From contig JAWMAR010000263.1 in assembly GCA_036785375.1 (NCBI GenBank), positions 2,728,001-2,792,000 on the forward strand: 64,000 bases of DNA, read 5' to 3'. This DNA is from Leucoraja ocellata. Its lineage: Eukaryota. The position numbers and the translations under genes are program-made. Each line of letters starts with the position of its first letter. The stretch's first letter is position 1. Of this stretch, positions 13,411 through 24,614 are shown one piece after another. The notes beneath the pieces were generated by a model that was not told the DNA's origin, made no database searches, and worked only from the letters and a program-made list of their open reading frames with translations.

Positions 13411-13944
13411 CATTCAGATAGGCATGTAGCATAGATATGGGCCCTTTGACCCAACTAGGCCATGCCGACCAAGATACTCATTTATACTAGTCCCACCTAT
13501 CCGCGCTTGGTCTATACCATTCTAACCATTTTCCATCTATGAACCTGCTTAAATGTCTTTTAAATATTGTTACAGTACCAGCCTCAACCATCTCCTCTGG
13601 CAGCTTGATCCACATACGCACCACACGTCCCCCTCAGATTGCTCCAAAACTCCAAAAGTCACAACACATTTCCTTCATTCCACATACGCGAGGTTTGCCC
13701 TTGCTTTAGATCCATTGATTAGTATAACAGTGCAGCTTCGAAACTCTACATTCAAGGTGAAACTCAGTCAACGTTTTTTTGCAACGAATCATTATGGCAA
13801 AAAGAGGCACTATTTGTTTAGGAAACATATATGTGGTGTTTGTGGTTTTTCAGATTCCTTGCTCTCGTTTCACTGGTGGTCTTAAAATAATTCCTGTATT
13901 TCTTCAACATGTCAAATTGGTAACCAGTTCTTCTTCTTATCGAG

Positions 13945-15024
13945 TCAATACAATACAATACAATATTTAATGTCATTTCAACCTCAGTGAGGCTCAAACG
14001 AAACTTTGTTTCTACACCCATACAAACAAAAAAATGATTCCTACTAGACACACAACCGATTAATTCGCACAAACATCCATCTCAGTGAATCTCCTCCTCA
14101 CTGTGATGGAAGGCAAAGTCTTTTCTCTCCCCTGCTCTCCATTTTTCTCCCGATGATGAAGTCTGATGTTGAAGCCCTAGGTGGGCGAGGTAAGTCCCAC
14201 GGCCATTTTAGGCCGTGCCGGGCGATGTACGGCCCAACGCTCCAGGTCTAAATGTCACAACGTTGGAGCCCCCGGCGGGCGCTGGAATGTCCCGCGGCTA
14301 TTAAAGCCACGTCGGGCGATGTACGGCCCCGCTCCGGGTCGTTCCAACCCCGCGACACGGGCTGGAGAAGTCGCGTTGCGGGAGCTCCGTGTGATGTCTT
14401 TGCAATCAATGTAACAGAAACTCGTGCATGAGCCTCGTGACTGAGGTCAAGTGACCTTCAAGATAAAAGGCAGTGATTGCAGAATAAACGTGCTCTTGCT
14501 CTGGAACATAAACCCGGTGTGGACCTGTCCTTTGTGCTAGTCACAACCAAGCCTCACCTCAGACGAGAATACCTTACACTCCGGAAAGCGGTCTCCCACC
14601 CAGACCCGCGAGCTCCTGATATCACAGTCCACAGAAGTTGAGTTTCTGGAGCCTCCGAGCTCCGGAGTCGGGTCACAGCCGCTCGCCACCAGCGCTCCCC
14701 ACGCTCTGAGGCCGGCCAGCCCCACGATGGTAAGTCCGCAACTCCGCAGGCTCTGCAGGCTCCGCAACTGGAGCCCCCAGGTCGTTCCGGCTGGAGACCG
14801 CTCCACGGTGCTAGGCCCCCAACGACAACGGAGACCCGACAGGGAAAAGGTCGGGTCTCCCGTGCAAGGAAGAGATTTTAATAGTCCCGCCCCCCCCACA
14901 TAAACACAGTAAAAAACAGTATTAAAAAAAACACACCAACTACATTTAACTAGACAAAAAATTTTTAAAAAGACCGACAGACCTGTAGAGGCCGCTGCAA
15001 CAGTGAGTCGTGCTGCCAACCGGA
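13945..15024 (-). mobile_element. GC-rich non-autonomous retroelement (related subfamily), interrupted by a solo LTR
   Basis: Same head, T-rich tract, central ggagacccgac/gtcgggtctcc hairpin and 3' hairpins, with a (TATTG)n tail. Confidence 0.75.
14390..14578 (+). mobile_element. 189-bp solo LTR
   Basis: TG...CA termini, exact 5-bp TSD ctccg (14385-89 / 14579-83), internal GATAAAA then AATAAA. The host element reads through once it is removed. Confidence 0.8.
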
Positions 15025-15068
15025 GTCCACACACAAGATTAGAAGTTGTTCAGCCAGAGCTGAACACA

Positions 15069-15185
15069 CTTCTTGGCATCTGCATACAATGGTGTCTGTC
15101 TTGTCGCTCCTTGTGCTTCTTGTGCGTGGTGGTGCAAAGATTGGTGGAAACAGGGCCGTGACGTGAAGGCTCTTTCCTTGACCCC
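15069..15185 (-). mobile_element. Diverged second family of HDV-like-headed mini-element
   Basis: Minus strand GGGGTC-AA-GGAAAGA-GCC-TTCACGT-CAC-GGCCCT-G-TTTCCA-CCAA-TCTTTGC... ending GCAGATGCCAAGAAG. Same layout as the 53.3-kb element. Confidence 0.55.
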
Positions 15186-15994
15186 GGTAACCAGATGTAA
15201 TACATCAATCGACCCGATGTGGAACAGTTCACTCTGGTTATAATCCTTCAATTGCAGCACCTCCAACAGCAATTATCTTCTTACAGTATTTTCCTCCGCC
15301 CAATTGTACTCTTGCATTACCTACATGGTTTATTGGTGTTTATTTCACATCAGTCCCAAGAACACTATTCCAACAACAATTGATTAAAAGCCTTCCATTC
15401 ATATTGGCAGGCAGCATTTTTGCTTTTTAAAACAGTGAACCCTCATCGGGTCAATAACAACCCATCATAAATGGACCTTTAAGTGCTTTTGATCTTCTGG
15501 GTCCACTATGTTGCATTAGGCACATTGATTATTTAATTGATTTTATTCTTTAGTCTGTAAAACCTATTATTTTCCTCACTGATAAACCCTATTTTTAGTC
15601 CTTCACATAAGGTCATTGGTTCGTGTGTCGAGGCCTTTCAGTAGCTCCTTCTGTTTGTACATTGCTTCATCTTGCTCTATCATCATTCAATGCTGATTAA
15701 GATTGACTCTATATTTATTTGGACAGGTCCAGCTACTTGCTATTTACCCAAATCTGTTATTTGATTAGGTGTTCAAAATTAGAGACATTGGTTTTCGTGA
15801 ATGCTGATTTGCAATTTTTTAAATTAACCTTGGACATAATTTCCCATATCATAGTAGAATAATAACTTGTGGTTTGCTTTACATTAGTTTTTTTTGGCAT
15901 AGTTACAGTTGCATTACGACGTGTAATGTCATATGCTGTATATACATATAAGTATATTGCAAATAATACAACATAAAACAAAACAGTATGCACA

Positions 15995-17112
15995 GGAGCG
16001 GCAAAGTGGCACAGCGGTAGAGTTGCTGTCTCAACCTTAACCTTAACCTTAACCCTGACCCCAACCCCAACCGGGCATCACCCGCAGGACAGCATACGCC
16101 AGCGTGTATGTCGTCAACTTGACGGTTTTACGGGCGTCAGTCACTGACGCTTGCAGTCGCCGAAAAAAATCGCAAAGTGGGACATAGAAACATAGAAATT
16201 AGGTGCAGGAGTAGGCCATTCGGCCCTTCGAGCCTGCGCCGCCATTCAATATGATCATGGCTGATCATCCAACTCAGTATCCCGTACCTTCCTTCTCTCC
16301 ATACCCTCTGATCCCCTTAGCCACAAGGGCCACATCTAACTCCCTCTTAAATATAGCCAATGAACTGGCCTCGACTACCCTCTGTGGCAGAGAGTTCCAG
16401 AGATTCACCACTCTCTGTGTGAAAAAAATTCTTCTCATCTCGGTTTTAAAGGATTTCCCCCTTATCCTTAAGCTGTGACCCCTTGTCCTGGACTTCCCCA
16501 ACATCGGGAGCAATCTTCCTGCATCTAGCCTGTCCAACCCCTTAAGAATGTTGTAAGTTTCTATAAAATCCCCTCTCAATCTCCTAAATTCTAGAGAGTA
16601 TAAACCAAGTCTATCCAGTCTTTCTTCATAAGACAGTCCTGACATCCCAGGAATCAGTCTGGTGAACCTTCTCTGCACTCCCTCTATGGCAATAATGTCC
16701 TTCCTCAGATTTGGAGACCAAAACTGTACGCAATACTCCAGGTGTGGTCTCACCAAGACCCTGTACAACTGCAGTAGAACGTCCCTGCTCCTATACTCAA
16801 ATCCTTTTGCTATGAAAGCTAACATACCATTCGCTTAGGTATGTTAGCTCTGGGGCTGTAAAGGGCCAAGCCCCGGAGACCCGGGTTCGATCCCGACGAT
16901 GGGAATTGTCAGTACGGAGTTGGTACGTTCTCCCTGTGACCTGTGTAGGTTTTCTCTGGGGTGCTTTGGTTTCCTCCCACACTCCAAAGTTTTGTCAGCA
17001 AATTGGCTTTAAAATTGTAAATTGTAAAATGTCCCTAGTGTGTGTCGGCTGGTCGGCATGGACTCAGTGGACCGAAGGGTCTGTTCCAGTGCTGTAACTC
17101 TGAACTAAGCTG
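15995..17112 (+). mobile_element. HE1-type V-SINE split by nested insertions (16031-16871)
   Basis: Head at 15995-16030 and body at 16872-17112. Confidence 0.75.
16184..16832 (-). mobile_element. HER1/CR1 LINE 3' fragment (young)
   Basis: Uninterrupted 183-aa ORF2 C-terminus ([15 protein letters not shown]...QRRFTRLIP), 3' stem-loop and (TTTCTATG)n tail. Confidence 0.95.
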
Positions 17113-18749
17113 AAGGAGCAGGCCCTTCAGCCCTCATCTGTGCTGAACATGATGCCAAATTAAACTATCCTCATCTGCCTGCACATGATCCATATCCTCT
17201 GTTCCCCGCACAGTCATGTGCCTGCCTAAATGCCTATTAAATATTACCATTGCATCTACTTCAACCACTCTCCCAGCAGTGTGGTCTAGGCACCCCCCAC
17301 TCACTTTAAAAAAATTTGCCCTGCACATTTCCTTATAACCTTTCTCCTCTCACCTTAAAGGTATTCCCTCTAGTATTATAAATTTACATGCTGAAAGAAA
17401 ACTCTGAATATACACCTCTCATAACCTTGTAAACTTCTGATAAAGAGTTCTGACCCGGAATGTCGCCTGACCATTCCCCCCAAACATGCTGCCTGACTGC
17501 TGAGTTACTCCGGTACTTTGTAGCTAATTTAAGATCCCGGCATCTACAATTTCTCATGCCTCCAAGCTTTTATCTGGTCTCCATTCACCCTCTGACTCTC
17601 CAATCCCAGTTTATCCTGCCTCTCTTTATAATATGTAGGACGGAACTGCAGATGCTGGTTTAAACCGAAGATAGACACAAAAAGCTGGAGTAACCCAGCG
17701 GGACAGGCAGCATCTCTGGAGAGAAGGAACGGGTGACGTGTCGGGCTGAGACCCTTCTTCAGACGGCTTTACAATATGTTTACAATGCAGAAGTGGGCCC
17801 ATCAGACCAAACACTACAGGCCGATTTATACATACCTTCGAAGCCTCCTTCTAACCTTCTCTCCTTACTCTGCCAAGCTTATCTACAGTATCTGCCGAAT
17901 AGAGACCAATCACCTCGACCACGCCACATGTGAGTCAGTTCCACAAAAGAATTCTAATAATATCACTGTTTGAATTCTGGGTGACGATCTTCTATTGATG
18001 ACCTTTAGTCTTGCTCATCTTCACAAGTTAAAATATTCTCATGATCTCAACTCCATCAATATATTCCATAACGTATTTAGACCTGAGCCTTCCATTTACC
18101 AGAAGGCGTAAATGCAAATGATTAATCTCTTCCTGATAGATGTAACCTCACAATTTTCTTTTACGTGCTTGTAAATCTTTTTGATGCCATTGTGTCCCTG
18201 TCCACATTGAAACACAGTTCCCAAATGTAGTATAAAATATGATTAATTCATTTTTAATTATGATTAATTATTAATGAATTTATTAATTCATGATTAATAC
18301 GGATTAACCACAATATCTTGACTTTTCAATTAATAAACTAAGTTTCTTCATTTTTCTCTCCTTTTAAACGCTGTCACTACTTTGAACGATGTATGCGTTA
18401 CTACCCCGGAAAGCTTTGCTCCCCTACTTAAACCTTGATTTTCAAAACAAACAGATAACATATTAATTCATGTTGACAAAATGTTTTGGATGAATCTTGA
18501 TGACTGGAATTGTCTGTTGAATAGCTGATGTTCAGCTGTTTAAACTTCAGTAAGTCTTGGCCTTCTGCACAGGCACTGCCAACTGTGAAAGTCCGAGGGT
18601 TCCTGAGTAACAGATGGCAGTGCATCTGTCGTTGTGTTCTGTCACTGGAATCTACACTTGGTTCAGCACAGACCCTGGGCCTTCCATCGGACCATGCTGT
18701 GGAATTACCACTCAGATGCTGCATTAGGTCAGACCATCTAATTTAGACT

Positions 18750-19140
18750 TTCACAGTCAGAGTGAGGCTAAACACAAATTGGAGGAACAGCATCTTATAT
18801 TTCACTTGGGCAGCTTACAGCCCAGTGGTATGAATATTGATTTCTCTAACTTCAACCACGGCATTCCCTCTCTCTTTATCCCTCCCCCACCCAAGTCGCA
18901 GCAGCTTCTCGTTTTCACCCACAAACAGCTAACAATGGCCTGTTTCCTTTACCATCGTTACTTTTTTGCATATCTTTCATTCATTGTTCTTTATCTCGCT
19001 ACATCACAATCTATATCTCTCATTTCCCTTATCCCTAACCAGTCTGATGAAGGGTCTCAATCAAAAAGTCACCCATTCCTTCTCTCCAGAGATGCTGCCT
19101 GTCCCGCTGAGTTACTCCAACATCTTGTGTCTATCTTCCA
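18750..19140 (+). mobile_element. Penelope-like 3' fragment
   Basis: Encodes KLEEQHLIFHLGSLQPSGMNIDFSNF, followed by a tail with a decayed ctgatgaagggtctc hammerhead motif. Confidence 0.8.
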
Positions 19141-19309
19141 TCTAATTATTTTACCTTGCTTAATTATTCTTAATTATTTCTTAAACATTTTAAATTATTT
19201 TGGAAAACTGCTTCCATCTATTTACTTTAATAAACTTTAAATATTTCTGAATATTGAAGGGCTTCATAACTTTGAGAGAACAATATCAAACTCCACCCTT
19301 TGTCAAAGC

Positions 19310-19858
19310 ATAAGATAGGCACAAAAAGCTGGAATAAATCAGCGGGCCAGACAGCATCTATGGAGCAAAGAAATAGGTGATGTTTTGGTTTTGACCCTTC
19401 TGAGAGTGAGGGGAAGGAAATGAGTGATATAGACGGTGATGTAGAGAGATATAGAACAAATGAATGAAAGATATGCAATAAAGTAATGATGATAAAGGAA
19501 ACAGGCCATTGTTAGCTGTGTGCTAGGTGAAAATGATTTACAGACAAGATGACTTTGAAGCTGGAATGACTTGGGTGGGGGAGGCATGGAGAGAGAGGGG
19601 TTGCAAGGGTTACTTGAAGTTAGAGAAATCAATATTCATACCGCTGGGTTGTAAGCTGCACAAGCGAAATATGAGGTGCTCTTCCTCCAATTTGCATTTG
19701 GCCTCACTCTGACAATGGAGGAGGCTTAGGACAGAAAGGTTAATGTGGGAATGGGAAGGGGAATTAAAGTGTTTGGCAACCGGGAGATCAGGTAGGTCCA
19801 AGCAAACTCAGTGAAGTCTCTACGATTTAAACCAGCATCTGAAGTTTCTTCTTACATA
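19310..19858 (-). mobile_element. Penelope-like 3' fragment, inverted relative to the 18.75-kb copy
   Basis: ORF 19610-19801 DLPVAKHFNSPSHSH...KLEEEHLIFRLCSLQPSGMNIDFSNFK, the GIY-YIG C-terminus. Confidence 0.8.
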
Positions 19859-20265
19859 TCTTTGTCAAAGCCTGCCAGGGTTAAAGTATAGTCTCTGCTT
19901 GGACATCACTGCCTAACCTGAGGGGCAAGGAACTAATCGCTGGTACATATTGGTGTGCAGGGATGTCAGGCAGAGATTTTGTGCAGCTGGTTTAGTTCAG
20001 CAACAGTCACACTCAATCTGCATTGAAATTAATTTACAAGTTGCTTATTCTACCTGTTTACGGTCTACCTATTTACTTGGTAAGTTGCCTTGCCATTTAT
20101 AATATTCTTCTTCAATATTGACCATTTGGCATGATCGGTGAATTTAGCAGTTTTCTGATTGCAAAAATCCTCATTTGTAGTATTAATTTTGAAGAACTAA
20201 AATCCCAACATTCATTCATGTGGGTTTGCATTCTTCAATTTTGCCCTGCCCTATAAATACTCTTT

Positions 20266-21137
20266 ATAGTCAATAGTCAATAGTCAATAGTCAATTTAAT
20301 TGTCATTTGGACCCCTGGAGGTCCAAACGAAATGCCGTTTCTGCAGCCATACATTACAAACAAATAGACCCCAGACACAACATAATTTACATTTTACATA
20401 AACATCCATCACATTGCTGTGATGGAAGGCCAAAAAAAACTTATCTCTCCACTGCACTCTCCCCCCCCCCCCCCCCCCGATGACAGAGTCAAAGTCAAAG
20501 CCCCCGGCTGGCGATGGCGATTGTCCCGCGGCCATTTAAGCCACGCCGGGTGGTGCGAGGTCGCACACTGGGTCTTGGTGTTGGAGCCCCCGGCGTGCGC
20601 TCGCAGAGTCCCGCGGCCATTCCAAGCCGCGCGGGGCAGTGGTGTTAGGCCCCGCTCCAGGAGCTCTTCAACCCCGCAACTCGGGCGGGAGAAGTCGCCA
20701 TTGCAGGAGCCCTGAAAAGCGGTCTCCCTCAAGGGACCTGCGGGCTCCCGGTGCCGCCGTCCGCAGCCCCGCAGTTGCAGCCTCCGAGTCAGCAGCAGCA
20801 GCAGCAGCAACAGCGCTCCACCACCGCTCCACCCGCTCTGGACTCGGCCAGCTCCGCGACGGTAAGGTGTCAGCACCAGAGTCCCCGGCTTCTTCTGTTG
20901 GAGGCCGCACCTCATTGCAGCCCCAACGACAACGAAGACCCGACAAGAAAAGGTCGGGTCTCCAGTGCAGGGAGAGATTTAAAAGTTGCCCCCTCCCTCC
21001 CACCTCACCCCCACCCCCCCACACACACACCCCAACAAAAAATAACAAAAACTACATATAAACATAGACAAAAAAATAATAAAAACGCGGACGGGCTGCA
21101 GAGGCCGCTGCTGACCAGAGTCGCGCCGCCTACCGGA
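20266..21137 (-). mobile_element. ~870-bp GC-rich non-autonomous retroelement with Rex1/Babar-type 3' tail
   Basis: Near-identical to 47849-48700. Ends in a stem-loop, atgacaattaaa and (CTATTGA)n. No credible ORF and no tRNA A/B boxes seen. Confidence 0.8.
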
Positions 21138-21624
21138 AACCATATACCCATATACTACCGGAAACCATTTATACCCATTCTCCACTTGCCATCTTGAAAC
21201 CTGCGAGATATCAGTTTTAAAACTTGCCTCACAAGTTCACTAGTCATAGGAGTTGAATTAGGCCATTCGGCCCATCGAGTCTGCTCTGCCATTCAATCGT
21301 GGCTGATCTCTGCCTCCTAATCCCATTTTCCTGTCTTCTCCCCATATCCCTTGACATCCATGGATGCTTCCTGACATCCATGCCCCTATAATTAGAAAAT
21401 AGAACGTGAGGTAGTACAGCTCTTTGGCCCTCTATGTCCATGCTGATTCTGATGCCAAGTATCAGTTTCTTCATCTACCATGTACAATTTATCAAATATA
21501 TTGTGAAAATCTGAATACATTTGGTTATCCAAACAAGGATGACATATTATTTTAACTTGAGGAACCTTTCTTCACCTTTTTTCTTGAAGAGTGATATTAT
21601 AATAAAGAATGTGAATGTTATGTT

Positions 21625-22035
21625 CATAAGTTCATAAGTGACAGGAGCAGAATAAGGCCATTCGGACCTTCAAGTCTACTCCGCCATTCAATCATGGCTG
21701 ATCTATCTCTCCCTCTGAGCCCCATTCTATTGCCTTCAGCACCTGACACCCATATTAATCTAGAATCTATCTATCCCTGCCTTAAAAATGTCCATTGATT
21801 TGGCCCCCACAGCCTTCAGTGTCAATGAATTCCACACATTCACCGCCTCTGACAAAATAAATTCCTCCTCATCTCCCACCTAATGGAACTTCCTTTCATT
21901 TTGAGGCTATGACCTCTAGTCCTAACCTCTCGTACTCGTGGAAACATCCTCTCCACATCCACTCTATCCAAGCCTTTCACTAGTCGGCAAGTTTCAATGA
22001 GGTTCCCCCTCATCCTTCGAAACTCCAACGAGTAG
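21625..22035 (-). mobile_element. CR1 LINE 3' fragment
   Basis: YSLEFRRMRGNLIET...TRGHSLK plus 3' UTR. Confidence 0.85.
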
Positions 22036-23335
22036 AGAACAGTTATGACTCCTGTTCCACTGTTAGTCCAGACTGATTTTGGAATTGATGCCATTCCATA
22101 CATTCATTTTCCTTCACACTGCCTGCTGTTCAATGTTAAAGGGAGCAGATTCCAACAAGCTTACTTTTTTATCTCTTTTTTAATAGATTATTTTTTCTCC
22201 GGAATGTTATTTTGCAGTTTTTGAAAGGTTCAGTTGAACTGTTTTGATGTTAGTGTCATAATTCCACAGGACCCTTTCCTTTTCTTAATCAGATTGTTGC
22301 TCTGGTAAATTACCCCAATGTAGGCTTTATTTCTGCTAATCACATCTGTGGAGCCTCAGCAAATGCCCTGCATAAATCGATACTGCCACCAGCAGGTTTC
22401 TGTTGATGCCGTACATTAATAGGATAACACCACAGTTTAGTTTAGTTTAGTTTATTGTCACGTGTACCGAGGTCCAGTGAAAAGCTTTTGTTACGTGCTA
22501 TCCAGTTAGTTGAAAGACAATACATTATTACAATTGAGCCAATCCACAGTGCACAACTACACGATAAAGGGAATAACATTTAGTGCAAGACAAAGTCCAG
22601 TAAAAAGGCCAGAGGCATGCAACAGAGGGTTCTATATGAATGCAAGCTGTTGTATATTGTATCTTTGTTGTGAGTGAGGACGCTGAATGAACACATGGTC
22701 CAATTACCCTAAATTAGTGCACAAGGAAAGATATGCAGGGTTTGCAGCCAGCAAGTAAATGAGTTAATAAACAAAGTCGGAATTGTTATCTTCAATTGTT
22801 TCCTTACTAAAGGGTCTGGCCTCTTCCCATCCTTTCTGGCTTCACCATATTACTCCTGCTGAATTTGCACAGGACCAATGCGGGCTGTTAATGACAAGGG
22901 ATCAACGACAGGGCTGTTACAGGGGCCAGAGAATTACAATAACATTGACCTCACTTCAATGAGCTGGAGCAAGCTTTCCCCATGAACTCTTGCCCCGAGT
23001 TAAAAATCAAGCTGAGGAAAATATATCATTTTGATCTTTGGAAACATTTTTTAAATTAATAGCACTGCAAGAATTATAATCACCTACAGACCCAATGAGA
23101 ATGGATTAATGCTGGTTAGAGTAAATAATGTAAAGATAGATAGAGACAGCAATAGAATGGATAAGCGATCAATATAAGACCTCGTGAAGAGCTAGGCAGT
23201 TTTAATCTGTGCTATCAATCATTCTTTCTCTGGAGAGTGGTGTCTAATGGAATTATAATTTGACCTACGCTGTTAAATAATGTTGCGTCTCTGTTAATGT
23301 GCAAATGTGGTTTGACACTCATCAGTCAATGCCTG

Positions 23336-23630
23336 GGGGCATGGTGGCGCAGAGGTAGAGTTGCTGCCTTGCAGCGAATGCAGCGCCTCGAGACCCGGGT
23401 TCGATCCTGACTACGGGTCCTGTCTGTACGGAGTTTGTATGTTCTCCCTGTGACCTGCATGGGTTTTCTCCGAGATCTTCGGTTTCCTCCCACACTCCAA
23501 AGACGTACACTAAGTAGGTTAATTGGCTTGGTAAATGTGAAAATTGTAGGATAGTGGAGATCGCTGGTCGGTGCGGACCCGGTGGGCCGAAGGGCCTGTT
23601 TCCGTGCTGTATCTCTAAACTAAACTAAAC
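23336..23630 (+). mobile_element. HE1-type V-SINE (young)
   Basis: A box tggcgcagaggt, B box gttcgatcc, V-domain, (TAAAC)n tail. Confidence 0.92.
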
Positions 23631-23633
23631 TTA

Positions 23634-23715
23634 ATGTCGCGGCCCTATTTCCACCAATCTTTCCACCACTGCGCACAAGAAGCACAAGACGCCAGTATTT
23701 GCAGATGCCGAGAAG
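23634..23715 (+). mobile_element. 5'-truncated copy of the 15.1-kb mini-element family
   Basis: gtcgcggccctatttccaccaatctttccaccactgcgcacaagaagcacaag...gcagatgccgagaag matches the reverse complement of 15069-15165. Confidence 0.65.
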
Positions 23716-24175
23716 TGATGTGGTGTTTTTTAAGTGATATTTTCTAATCTTGTGATGTGGGCTCGATAAGAAGAAGTCAATGCCTCACTTTAACAAGACA
23801 GTTGGTTTTAGATGGTAAATCGATAACTCCTTCAACTAAATAAATGTCATTAAAATAGCCACATGATGCTTAGCAGGAGTTATCATTGAAAAACATAATC
23901 AATAGACCATTTCCTTATGATCAAATTCAACTTCAACGCTTTCCCTCGTAACAAATTTGTTCTCCTCAGACATTGATTGGCCTCTCGTTGGAAGATTGAC
24001 ACCATTAATCTGGCTATGAAATTGACCACTAGAAAGTCAGCCATGGTGATCTTGGGTTTATTTTGTTATCCTGTGGACTGCCTCTGTCAAAACACAGTTC
24101 AAATTGAGAGCTTAACAGTTAGACCAAGATCAGGATATGCAAAGTATGAATTTGTGTCTCAATTCTCACTCATTA

Positions 24176-24614
24176 CAAGATTGAGGGGGGATCTTATAGA
24201 AACTTCTACAAAATTCTTAAGGGGTTCGACAGGCTAGATGCAGGAAGATTGTTCCCGATGTTGGGGTCACAGTTTAAGGATAAAGGGGAAATCCTTTAGG
24301 ACCGAGATGAGGAAAACATTTTTCACACAGAGAGTGGTGAATCTCTGGAACTCTCTGCCACAGAAGGTAGTTGAGGCCAGTTCATTGGCTATATTTAAGA
24401 GGGAGTTAGATGTGGCCCTTGTGGCTAAAGGGATCAGGGGGTATGGAGAGAAGGGGGTCTGTTCAAGTTCCATTTGCTAATTCTTCATTCCCAGAGAAGG
24501 CAGGTACCGGATACTGAGTTGGATGATCAGCCATGATCGTATTGAATGGCGGTGCAGGCTCGAAGGGCCGAATGGCCTACTCCTGCACCTATTTTCTATG
24601 TTTCTATGTTTCTA
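24176..24614 (+). mobile_element. HER1/CR1 LINE 3' fragment
   Basis: RLRGDLIET...FFTQRVVNLWNSLPQKVVEASSL, with tail tttctatgtttctatg. Confidence 0.9.

Noticed and set aside
20409-21197. Overlapping ORFs of 98-168 aa with polyA/polyQ/polyL runs (also 47936-48569)
   Set aside because: GC-rich repeat open in several frames on both strands. Frames differ between the two near-identical copies and no protein motif is recognisable.
23336-23420. tRNA-like A/B box sequences (many copies)
   Set aside because: These are SINE heads continuing into the V-domain, with no complete cloverleaf.
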